Assembly (NCBI GenBank): GCA_001824215.1
Contig: MHWS01000005.1
Span: 1,219-43,881 of the forward strand
DNA: 42,663 bases
Reading direction: 5' to 3'
Origin: Candidatus Zambryskibacteria bacterium RIFCSPLOWO2_12_FULL_39_16
GTDB lineage: Bacteria; Patescibacteriota; Minisyncoccia; Phycocordibacterales; WO2-35-19
Below are positions 34,222 to 41,545 of this stretch, piece after piece. The first letter of the stretch is position 1, and every line of letters starts with the position of its first letter. Both the position numbers and the translations under genes were made by a program. The notes below the pieces were generated by a model, which ran no database searches, was not told where the DNA came from, and worked only from the letters and a program-made list of their open reading frames with translations.

Positions 34222-35436
34222 TTACTGTATAGCGTCTACCAAAGAATATGTCGGTAACATCATAGCAATGGCAAAAATACCTACAGCAATACCCATAAGT
34301 ATCATAAGGAATGGCTCTATTATTGTCGATAAGTCTTTTGTTTTTTGGTCCACTTCGGTCTCATAGTAAGTGGCGATATTGTCTAACATCTCGGTCAATT
34401 TGCCGGTTTCCTCACCAACCGCAAGCATTTCTCCAACAAAAACCGGATAAAGGTTTCCTTTAGAATCCGAGAGTGATTGAGACAAGAGTTCACCGGTTTC
34501 CACTTTTTTGGACGCGCTATTCAGCAAATCTTTAAAATAATGATTTTGGAGAACATCGCTAGTGATGCCGATTGCCGAAAGAATACTCACTCCGGAGGAA
34601 ACAAGGGAAGAAAGAGTTCTGGCCGTCCTAGCAGCATTCACTTCTTTGGTCATAGTTTTAATCATTGGCATATGAAGAAGCACAAAATCGGAAGTATTCT
34701 TGCCATTTTTTGTTTTATGCCAAACAATATAGCTGAATACAGCTACAAAGATAGCCGCCAAAGTTAAAAAAATATTGCCTCTTAGAAAATCACTTATAGC
34801 TATGATAATCCTTGTGGGCAAAGGTAAAACTATGTTAAGCCCTTTAAAAGTCGATGTCAGTGTTGGCACCATATATATCATAAGAACAATACCAATGATC
34901 AACATGAGGCTGACGATAACCGCTGGGTAGATCATGGCTCCTTTTATTTTTTTCGAAAGGCTTTGAGACTTTTCAAGCTGATCAGCAATGATACGCAGAG
35001 AATACGAAAGTTTGCCAGATTCTTCACCCGCTTTAACCATGGAAACAAAGAGATTGGAAAATATGTCCGGATAAGCTTCCAAAGATTTGGATAATGTTTC
35101 TCCCCCACTGACCGAAGCATTTATGTTTTCAAAAACAGCAGTCTGACTTTTATTCTTTGATTGCTTGGAGAGTACAGTCAAAGCTCTGGAAATGGAAAGG
35201 CCGGCATCTATCATTACCGAAAGATTTTTAGCAAAAATGATAACCTGCTGAGATTTCATTTTTTTTCTCAGAGAAAAAAGTTTGATAGAAATTTTTGGAG
35301 ATCCCATTTCCTTAACCGATATTATCGAACCGTTATTAGAGCGTAGCGCCAAATAAAGCGCCGCTTTGTCAGAAAATTCTTTGGTTTCTTCAAATTCTTT
35401 TCCGTCTTTTATATATTTGTATTTATAAAAAGGCAT
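34222..35436 (-). CDS. pilC: type IV pilus / T2SS platform protein (GspF/PilC family)
   Basis: Two T2SSF repeats, three TM helices, and the conserved GEESGKL and GEETGKL motifs. Confidence 0.9.
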   Translation of the reverse strand: MPFYKYKYIKDGKEFEETKEFSDKAALYLALRSNNGSIISVKEMGSPKISIKLFSLRKKMKSQQVIIFAKNLSVMIDAGLSISRALTVLSKQSKNKSQTAVFENINASVSGGETLSKSLEAYPDIFSNLFVSMVKAGEESGKLSYSLRIIADQLEKSQSLSKKIKGAMIYPAVIVSLMLIIGIVLMIYMVPTLTSTFKGLNIVLPLPTRIIIAISDFLRGNIFLTLAAIFVAVFSYIVWHKTKNGKNTSDFVLLHMPMIKTMTKEVNAARTARTLSSLVSSGVSILSAIGITSDVLQNHYFKDLLNSASKKVETGELLSQSLSDSKGNLYPVFVGEMLAVGEETGKLTEMLDNIATYYETEVDQKTKDLSTIIEPFLMILMGIAVGIFAIAMMLPTYSLVDAIQ

Positions 35437-35492
35437 CGTTGCCTTTAATTATAGCAACAATAGAAAATAATATAGAAAAAATTGTGAGTATT

Positions 35493-37244
35493 TTATTCCG
35501 ACACTACACGCAAAACTTCCTCAATGGTAGTGAGACCTTGAGCTGCTTTGAAGATGCCATCTTCAAGCATAGTGAGCATCCCCTCTTTTTTGGATTGGAG
35601 TTCGATATCTTCGGTAGTAGAACCTTTGATTATAAGATCTTTAATTGCAGTAGAGACGTTGAGTACCTCGTAGATACCGATGCGACTTTTGAAGCCTTCT
35701 TCTCCAGCGTCTTTTTTAGGTTTAAAGAAAGGTATATTTTCCCAGTTGTCGCTTTTACCAACCATCTTCTCTTCTCTAAGAATTTTTAAAACATTATCCA
35801 GATTAACCACTTTGGATATTGAATCTACTTCCGCTTTTGAAAGATAATATTTCTCTCTTTTGTCAGAAAGTTTTCTAACCAGCCTTTGGGCAATAATAGC
35901 GTCAAGAGTGGATATTATAAGAAAAGGTTCGACTTTCATATCAATAAGGCGAGGTACTGCACCGGCAGCCGAATTAGTATGCAAGGTTGAAAGTACCAAA
36001 TGCCCCGTAAGAGAGGCGTTGATAGCGAGTGATGCCGTCTCATTGTCGCGGATCTCACCTACCATTATTATATTGGGATCTTGACGTACCAAAGTGCGCA
36101 ACCCAGTAGCAAAAGTCAGCCCTATTTCCGGCTTAACTTGAGTTTGATTGATTCTTTTCATTTGGTATTCAACTGGGTCTTCAATGGTAGAAATGTTGAC
36201 ACCAGGTGTGTTTAAAATATCCAGCATGGTGTAAAGTGTCGTTGATTTACCGCTACCAGTTGGACCAGTAGTCAGTATCATGCCGGTGGTATGCTGTAAT
36301 ACTTTGTGTAACAGTTCCAGACCCTGTCCATGAAAACCTAAAGATTCCAAAGTAAAGCCTGATACGGATTCACGTAAAAGCCGCATGACCGTTTTTTCAC
36401 CATAATAGACAGGCAAAGTGGAGACGCGAAAAGAAACTTTTTCTCCATTCATATCGATTTTAAATCTGCCATCTTGAGGCAATCTTTTTTCATCAAGTTT
36501 CAAACTGGAAAGCACTTTGATGCGGGCCACCAACGAATAGCCGATATGTTTTGGTAAAATCATGGCGTCATGCAAGATACCGTCAATTCTATACCTGACT
36601 AAAATCTGGTCTTCCAAAGGTTCTATGTGAATATCGGAAGCATTTTGGATAATGGCATGCTTGAGCAAAGTATCTACGATCCGCACTACTGGCAATTCTT
36701 CAGCCAATTTTTTAAGATCACCTTCAGAAGCGCTTTCGGCTGGCAACTTATCGGATATAGTCTTGATTTCATCAGAATCGATTTTTATAAGGTCGCCAAA
36801 TTCGTCCTTAAGGTTTTTCTGGTATTGGATTAAGGCTCCCCGCATTGATTCAGAGTCGGTCAGGCGAGGTAATATTTTCAGCCCCACTTTTTTCTTTATT
36901 GAATTTAAGGCTTGCAAGTCATCGGTATCGAGCATAGCAACCTCAAGAGAATCGTCTTTTTTTTCAAAAGCGATTATGTTGTGCTTTCTGGCAATTGGTT
37001 CGGGGATAAGACTTAGAATTTCATGGTTTAGAACCTGCCCTTTCAAATTTATGAAAGGAATACCGAGGATATAAGCTTGAACCCGACGCAAATCATCATC
37101 AGAAAACTTACCTTTTGATATGAGGATTTCGCTTATCGGTTTCTTTTTTGATTTGGCTTCTTTTTCCACTTCCTCCACTTCTGATTTGGAGATAAGCCCG
37201 GCATCAATAATAAAATTTTTTATTTGTGAATCTTCTACATGCAT
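35493..37244 (-). CDS. pilB: type IV pilus assembly ATPase (GspE/PilB family)
   Basis: N-terminal GSPII_E-type domain, Walker A GPTGSGKST, Asp box, Walker B IIMVGEIRD, His box TGHLVLSTLHTN. Confidence 0.93.
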   Translation of the reverse strand: MHVEDSQIKNFIIDAGLISKSEVEEVEKEAKSKKKPISEILISKGKFSDDDLRRVQAYILGIPFINLKGQVLNHEILSLIPEPIARKHNIIAFEKKDDSLEVAMLDTDDLQALNSIKKKVGLKILPRLTDSESMRGALIQYQKNLKDEFGDLIKIDSDEIKTISDKLPAESASEGDLKKLAEELPVVRIVDTLLKHAIIQNASDIHIEPLEDQILVRYRIDGILHDAMILPKHIGYSLVARIKVLSSLKLDEKRLPQDGRFKIDMNGEKVSFRVSTLPVYYGEKTVMRLLRESVSGFTLESLGFHGQGLELLHKVLQHTTGMILTTGPTGSGKSTTLYTMLDILNTPGVNISTIEDPVEYQMKRINQTQVKPEIGLTFATGLRTLVRQDPNIIMVGEIRDNETASLAINASLTGHLVLSTLHTNSAAGAVPRLIDMKVEPFLIISTLDAIIAQRLVRKLSDKREKYYLSKAEVDSISKVVNLDNVLKILREEKMVGKSDNWENIPFFKPKKDAGEEGFKSRIGIYEVLNVSTAIKDLIIKGSTTEDIELQSKKEGMLTMLEDGIFKAAQGLTTIEEVLRVVSE

Positions 37245-37247
37245 ACG

Positions 37248-37291
37248 ATTTAGCGAAATCGTGTCGCCCCAACGTCAATTGAGGGGCGACC
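37248..37291 (-). repeat. hairpin + 12-mer motif, copy R1 (sense strand is minus, upstream of pilB)
   Basis: Sense strand: GGTCGCCCC-tcaattgacgtt-GGGGCGAC-acg-ATTTCGCTAAAT, then 3 nt, then ATG at 37244. Confidence 0.75.
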
Positions 37292-37316
37292 CAGAGCACG
37301 ACTTTACTTCTTTTTA

Positions 37317-37325
37317 ATTATACCA
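37317..37325 (-). promoter_or_regulatory. extended -10 promoter element upstream of R1 and pilB
   Basis: Minus strand reads TGgTATAAT. This would place R1 inside a leader of roughly 65 nt. Confidence 0.45.
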
Positions 37326-37371
37326 AAAATATAATCAATAAGAAAAAACTAAGGGGAACAAAAAATTATAC

Positions 37372-37899
37372 CTAATTTCTGGACCTGTTTCTCATCACTG
37401 GAATTAGGTACTTCCTTGTATTTTTATCCAAATCGATGAAGTCATCAGCCGCTTCGATGAGCCTTGCTGAAGTTGATTTGCCAAAAGAGGCCACTTCAAC
37501 TTGGCAGCCGCCATTTTTTAAATATTCCACCAATGGCACGTAATCACCATCACCGGTAATCAAAATAACCGCATCCAGCTTTGGCGCAAGCTTTATTGCG
37601 TCTACCGCCAAACCCACATCCCAGTCCCCTTTTTTGGCTCCACCAGCAAAAACTTGCAGATTTTTTGTTTTGGTCTCAATGCCTATTTTTTCCAAAGCTT
37701 CAAAAAAACTTTTTTCTTCACCGGATTCGGTGGTAATAACATAAGCTATGGCTCTAGTAAGCGACCTTCCTGCCAAACCTTCTTTGACCACTTGGTCAAA
37801 ATTTACTTTGGCTCCATAAATATTCTTGGCGCTGTGATAAAGATTTTGAGTATCAATAAAAATACCAACGCGCTGATTCTTGTGTTTAATAACTGCCAT
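37372..37899 (-). CDS. NYN-domain (LabA/DUF88-like) protein
   Basis: VGIFIDTQNLYHSAKNIYG, DVGLAVDA, ILITGDGDYVPLV. Confidence 0.8.
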   Translation of the reverse strand: MAVIKHKNQRVGIFIDTQNLYHSAKNIYGAKVNFDQVVKEGLAGRSLTRAIAYVITTESGEEKSFFEALEKIGIETKTKNLQVFAGGAKKGDWDVGLAVDAIKLAPKLDAVILITGDGDYVPLVEYLKNGGCQVEVASFGKSTSARLIEAADDFIDLDKNTRKYLIPVMRNRSRN

Positions 37900-37985
37900 A
37901 AAATTAACTTAGAGCTTGAAGTTTATCTGCCGAAGAGGCAAGCCTTCAAACCTTTCTTATAAAAATGCGAACGAATTAAAAAATA

Positions 37986-38258
37986 TTAAGAAGTCTTTTT
38001 TAGACCAAGCTTCTTAACAAGGCTATTATACCTTTTTGTATCTTTTTTCTCCAAATATTTCATATGAGACTTTCGGTCTGCTACCAGACCCAAAAGGCCT
38101 CGGCGAGAGTGTTTATCTTTTTTGTTTTTCTTCAGATGAGCGGCCAAATCATCGATCCGACGCGAAAGCACTGCGATTTGCACTTCCGGGCTACCAGTAT
38201 CGGTGTCGTGAATTTTCACCTCTTTTATGATTCTTTGCTTTTTGTTCTTTGTAAGCAT
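37986..38258 (-). CDS. rpsO: 30S ribosomal protein S15
   Basis: GSPEVQIAVLSRRIDDLAAHLKKNKKDKHSRRGLL. SD GGAGGA lies 4 nt upstream of the ATG. Confidence 0.93.
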   Translation of the reverse strand: MLTKNKKQRIIKEVKIHDTDTGSPEVQIAVLSRRIDDLAAHLKKNKKDKHSRRGLLGLVADRKSHMKYLEKKDTKRYNSLVKKLGLKKTS

Positions 38259-38274
38259 GTTTCCTCCAAACTTT

Positions 38275-38529
38275 TTAGCTTTTAAAATAATTCATCAATA
38301 ACTTCTTTATATTGTTTCTACCCCACCCAGTCTTAAAAAATTGCTCTCTACCAAATGCATCTTCTTTATTTAAAAATGCCTCGTAGTAAATCAGCTTCAA
38401 CGGAACTCTATTTCTTGTAGATGGCACTCCTTTGGAATTATGCAAATGAAGCCGCTTTTTAAGATCACCTGTACAACCAATATATAACTCATCATCCTTT
38501 TCGCTTTTTAGTATATACACATATTGCAT
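38275..38529 (-). CDS. GIY-YIG nuclease-family protein (small stand-alone type)
   Basis: YVYILKSEKDDELYIGCTGDLKKRLHLHN, matching the GIY...YIG...R pattern. 84 aa. Confidence 0.8.
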   Translation of the reverse strand: MQYVYILKSEKDDELYIGCTGDLKKRLHLHNSKGVPSTRNRVPLKLIYYEAFLNKEDAFGREQFFKTGWGRNNIKKLLMNYFKS

Positions 38530-38641
38530 AATTCCAAAGCTAAAAAGTTAGTGAGGATGAGCCCCATAAACATATCACAAAACCCTATTTTATGCAACAT
38601 ATCCTTTGTATCCCCAATAAAATGTGATTTATTTAAAATAC

Positions 38642-38670
38642 TTGACAAAAAGAGTGGGTAGGTGTATAAT
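38642..38670 (+). promoter_or_regulatory. consensus sigma70-type promoter
   Basis: TTGACA (38642-38647), exactly 17 nt, TATAAT (38665-38670). Confidence 0.6.
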
Positions 38671-38718
38671 GCAAATGTAAAAGATACACAATCTTTAGTT
38701 CTTTGGGAGGAGACACTA

Positions 38719-38967
38719 ATGATAACGCAACAGATTTTCCTGTTGGTATTAGTTATCTGGGTTTCAGTCTACGGCTTCTCAATGATAATCGGCCAACACC
38801 AGTTTTTTGCTCGGTGGACTGGCAGAACATTGAGGGGGGCCGTGTCGTATCTCTGGCGCCAGCTAGTCAGATTTGTCCAGTGGGTTTGGCGCCGCCACTG
38901 GAAGTTGGTCGTAGGGTTTGCCGCCGGAATTTGGGTGGCACTCTACGTCACAGGCTACTTTCGATGA
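38719..38967 (+). CDS. small two-TM Arg/Trp-rich hypothetical protein, GC-rich cassette
   Basis: 82 aa, MITQQIFLLVLVIWVSVYGF...WRRHWKLVVGFAAGIWVALYVTGYFR. SD GGAGGAG lies 6 nt upstream. The track start at 38662 has no SD. Confidence 0.55.
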   Translation: MITQQIFLLVLVIWVSVYGFSMIIGQHQFFARWTGRTLRGAVSYLWRQLVRFVQWVWRRHWKLVVGFAAGIWVALYVTGYFR

Positions 38968-38989
38968 AGTTATCGAGGGTAGCCTTTTT
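38953..38989 (+). terminator. rho-independent terminator overlapping the stop codon of the small ORF
   Basis: 13-bp stem GGCTACTTTCGAT/ATCGAGGGTAGCC (two G-T pairs), 6-nt loop, followed by TTTTTGTTTG. Confidence 0.7.
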
Positions 38990-39010
38990 GTTTGCGAAAA
39001 TATTACTGTG

Positions 39011-39062
39011 TTGTGCGACTTTAGCTTTGCAAAGTTGTATAACACATATTGTGCGACGTTAG
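39011..39062 (+). repeat. 14-nt direct repeat pair flanking a 10-bp palindrome
   Basis: TTGTGCGACtTTAG (39011-39024) and TTGTGCGACgTTAG (39049-39062). Palindrome CTTTGCAAAG at 39025-39034. Confidence 0.7.
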
Positions 39063-39066
39063 AAAG

Positions 39067-39075
39067 TGTTAGAAT
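39067..39075 (+). promoter_or_regulatory. extended -10 element upstream of the recombinase gene
   Basis: TGtTAGAAT, then 6 nt (ggaagt), then ATG at 39082. Confidence 0.45.
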
Positions 39076-39081
39076 GGAAGT

Positions 39082-40005
39082 ATGGCTCAAGATCTGGAAC
39101 AATTAAAAAGGCAGTTTTTGGAATATGTTGAGATTGAAAGAGGCAGAGCTTTGAAGACTGTTGAAAATTATAATCATTACCTTTCGGTTTTTTTAGAGCA
39201 AACTAAGGTTAAAAAACCAAATGAGATTAATGATAATATGTTGCGCGAATTTCGCCTTTGGCTCAACAGACAATCAACCGGTTTTTTGAAGAAAAAAGGC
39301 GAGACACTCAGTAAAAAAACTCAAAATTATTATCTGATTGCCATCCGGGCCTTTTTGAAATACCTAGCAAGGCAAGAAATCAAATCAATGCCATCAGAGA
39401 GAATAGAACTGGCTAAAGTGTCAGAAAGATCGCTTGATCTCATAACTGATGCAGAGCTGGGGCGACTTTTAAAAGCTCCTGAGGGTGATAGTGTCAAATC
39501 ATTAAGAGATAAAGCCATACTTCATCTCCTGTTTTCAACCGGGCTGCGCGTCTCCGAACTTTGTAATCTGGATAGGGATATTGATTTGAAAAATGATGAA
39601 CATTCTATAAGGGGTAAAGGTGGAAAGGTTAGAGTTGTTTTTTTCTCGGATGAAGCCAAGAAGGCTTTGCGTGATTATCTGGGGAAAAGAAAAGATTTAG
39701 ATGACGCAATGTTTGCCCAACTTTCCAAAAATGGAAATTTTGGTAAAAAAGGCCTTAGGATAAACAAAAGATCAGTAGCTAGGATTATAAAACAATATGC
39801 CATTGCCGCCGGTATTTCTAAAAAAGTGACGCCCCATACCATGCGCCACCTTTTTGCCACCGACCTCCTTTCAAACGGCGCTGACTTGCGTAGCGTCCAA
39901 GCTCTCTTGGGACACGCCAATATCGGCACTACCCAAATTTATACCCATGTCACCGACAAGCACTTGCGCGACATCCACAAAAAATTCCACAACAGAAAAG
40001 CATAA
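39082..40005 (+). CDS. tyrosine recombinase, XerC/XerD-like
   Basis: SAM-like N-terminal domain. Catalytic residues in GLRVSEL, HTMRHLFAT, LLGHANIGTTQIYTHV. Confidence 0.88.
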   Translation: MAQDLEQLKRQFLEYVEIERGRALKTVENYNHYLSVFLEQTKVKKPNEINDNMLREFRLWLNRQSTGFLKKKGETLSKKTQNYYLIAIRAFLKYLARQEIKSMPSERIELAKVSERSLDLITDAELGRLLKAPEGDSVKSLRDKAILHLLFSTGLRVSELCNLDRDIDLKNDEHSIRGKGGKVRVVFFSDEAKKALRDYLGKRKDLDDAMFAQLSKNGNFGKKGLRINKRSVARIIKQYAIAAGISKKVTPHTMRHLFATDLLSNGADLRSVQALLGHANIGTTQIYTHVTDKHLRDIHKKFHNRKA

Positions 40006-40007
40006 CA

Positions 40008-40081
40008 GAAAAACAAAATATGAAATTTCTAAAAGCTGCAGAACAAGTCTCGCTTATTAAAAATCTCATATTTTGTTTTTC
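40008..40081. repeat. 16-bp perfect inverted repeat (long hairpin) directly after the recombinase stop codon
   Basis: GAAAAACAAAATATGA (40008-40023) and TCATATTTTGTTTTTC (40066-40081). Four more pairs follow after one mismatch. Confidence 0.8.
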
Positions 40082-40085
40082 TTCT

Positions 40086-40124
40086 CCCCTCTCCTGCTTC
40101 TAGGAGAGGGGCTGGGGGTGAGGT
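40086..40124 (+). repeat. GC-rich hairpin + GGTGAGGT-tail element, copy C
   Basis: CCCCTCTCCT-gcttct-AGGAGAGGGG-CTGGGGGTGAGGT, then 12 nt, then the xth ATG. Confidence 0.8.
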
Positions 40125-40136
40125 ATTATTATAAAT

Positions 40137-40949
40137 ATGAAAATTGTATCTTGGAATGTAAATGGTCTACGAGCAGTGCATAAAAAGGGGCTGTTTTTGT
40201 CTTTTGTGGAGAAATACAAACCAGATATTATTTGTTTACAAGAAATCAAATCTCAAAAAGATCAAAATGAGTTTGATTTGAAAGAATATGAAGAATACTG
40301 GAACCCAGCAGAAAAAGCTGGTTATAGCGGCACTGCCATATTCAGTAAAGAAAAACCGATTCAAGTAATTTTTGGCTTGCCGGATGATTTATGTAAAAAA
40401 TACAGTATTGAAAATGATGTTTATGGAGACCCAAATAAAGAAGGTCGTGTTTTAATAGCTGAGTTTAAGGATTTTTTCGTTGTAAACGTTTACACTCCAA
40501 ATTCCAAGCCAGATTTGAGCCGTCTTGGTCTCCGCCATAAAAAATGGGACCCAATATTCCTGGAGTATGTCCTTCGACTTCACTCAGGACAAGTAAATAA
40601 AAAAGGAAAGAATGTTATTTTCTGCGGTGATTTAAATGTGGCTCACACTAAAGATGATCTCGCCAATCCAAAACAAAATGAAGGTGGACATGGTTTTACT
40701 AAAGAAGAAAGAGAAGGGATAGATAAAATTATAAAAGACGGGTTTATTGATACCTTTCGCCATTTTACCAAGGGAAATGGGCATTATACTTGGTGGACAC
40801 ATTGGGCAAATGCCAGAGAAAGAAACGTGGGCTGGAGAATAGATTACTTTTTTGTAAACAAAGAATTTATATCTAAAATCAAAACGTCAGAAATTCTTCC
40901 TGACGTTTTGGGTTCGGACCACTGCCCTATTTTACTCGAAATCAAATAG
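40137..40949 (+). CDS. xth: exodeoxyribonuclease III
   Basis: SWNVNGLRA, CLQEIK, CGDLNVAH, GFIDTFR, WRIDYFF, GSDHCPI. Confidence 0.93.
   Translation: MKIVSWNVNGLRAVHKKGLFLSFVEKYKPDIICLQEIKSQKDQNEFDLKEYEEYWNPAEKAGYSGTAIFSKEKPIQVIFGLPDDLCKKYSIENDVYGDPNKEGRVLIAEFKDFFVVNVYTPNSKPDLSRLGLRHKKWDPIFLEYVLRLHSGQVNKKGKNVIFCGDLNVAHTKDDLANPKQNEGGHGFTKEEREGIDKIIKDGFIDTFRHFTKGNGHYTWWTHWANARERNVGWRIDYFFVNKEFISKIKTSEILPDVLGSDHCPILLEIK
40571..40593 (+). repeat. GC-rich element in frame within xth
   Basis: CCTTCGACTTCACTCAGGACAAG, encoding LRLHSGQV. Near-identical to the CapA copy apart from a 1-nt indel. Confidence 0.65.
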
Positions 40950-40962
40950 ATTACACTCGCAG

Positions 40963-41169
40963 TTAAGCGCCCATCTTCTTTTCACAATGCTTGCAATTGC
41001 TTTTGTGTGTAAATATTTCAACGATTGCCGAAATACCCACCAAAGCATATACGAGTGTTGCTAAACCTTCGGGTATATAGTTACCTATTCCCCACCCCAA
41101 AACTTCTAGCCCCCAATTTAGACCTCCTACTACTAGAAGAATCCAAGTTACCATGTGAAGTCCTTTCAT
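40963..41169 (-). CDS. DUF378-family small membrane protein
   Basis: WILLVVGGLNWGLEVLGWGIGNYIP...LVYALVGISAIVEIF is a typical two-helix DUF378 pattern. The start may instead be the internal MVTW. Confidence 0.7.
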   Translation of the reverse strand: MKGLHMVTWILLVVGGLNWGLEVLGWGIGNYIPEGLATLVYALVGISAIVEIFTHKSNCKHCEKKMGA

Positions 41170-41545
41170 ATTTTTAAATTAGCTTTTAATAACATCCATT
41201 ATACAACCTGTAAAAAATGAATACAACAAAACCGCCAAGATGCGGTGGAGGATTCGCACAACAAGGCGGTTTGTAGAAAAGAACATCCCCCCAGCATAGC
41301 TGGGATAAAAGATAAGTTTCGCCAAAAACATGATTCATAAAAATTTTATAATATCTCTATCTTTAAAAATTTAAAAAGAGTGAGGAGATTTATATTTCAT
41401 TTTTATGCTTAACCAAACTTTCTTTCAATCCGACGTACATCGGATTATAAGGAACTAATGCTGATTATAGTCTTTAAAAAATATCAGCTGTCCGATATAA
41501 ATTTTATGTCTTTTAAAATTATTGTAAAGGACAAATTGTGGATAA

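Noticed and set aside
37248-37291. Reading the R motif as a sigma70 promoter, with TTGACG in the loop as -35 and CTAAAT/TAAATY as -10.
   Set aside because: The spacer would be 19-21 nt. The putative -10 ends only 2-3 nt before the ATG in two of the three copies, which is incompatible with a usable transcription start.
37925-37965. Hairpin CTTGAAG...TGCC-gaaga-GGCA...CTTCAA downstream of rpsO as a terminator.
   Set aside because: The stem is interrupted and no T-run follows it on the minus strand. The evidence is too weak to annotate.
38703-39062. 119-aa alternative frame overlapping the small two-TM ORF, plus 38863-39102 (minus) and 38918-39106.
   Set aside because: These have no SD or start context and run through the terminator hairpin. 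The 38719 frame fits the promoter, SD and terminator layout.
39025-39062. Possible dif-like Xer recombination site next to the recombinase gene.
   Set aside because: A hand comparison with the E. coli dif layout (two inverted 11-bp arms around a 6-8-bp core) gave only about 6 of 11 matches on one arm and no inverted second arm.
38275-40136. Integron-like or integrative-element interpretation of GIY-YIG + small cassette + tyrosine recombinase + hairpins.
   Set aside because: The recombinase is co-oriented with the cassette rather than divergent. I could define no attC-like R/L boxes, no flanking direct repeats and no tRNA target. The recombinase looks like an ordinary XerC/D-type housekeeping enzyme.
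41217-41276. 19-codon ORF (MNTTKPPRCGGGFAQQGGL) spanning the nested hairpin.
   Set aside because: It has no SD or -10 context, and it coincides exactly with a palindromic structure. It is more likely RNA or terminator structure than a peptide gene.
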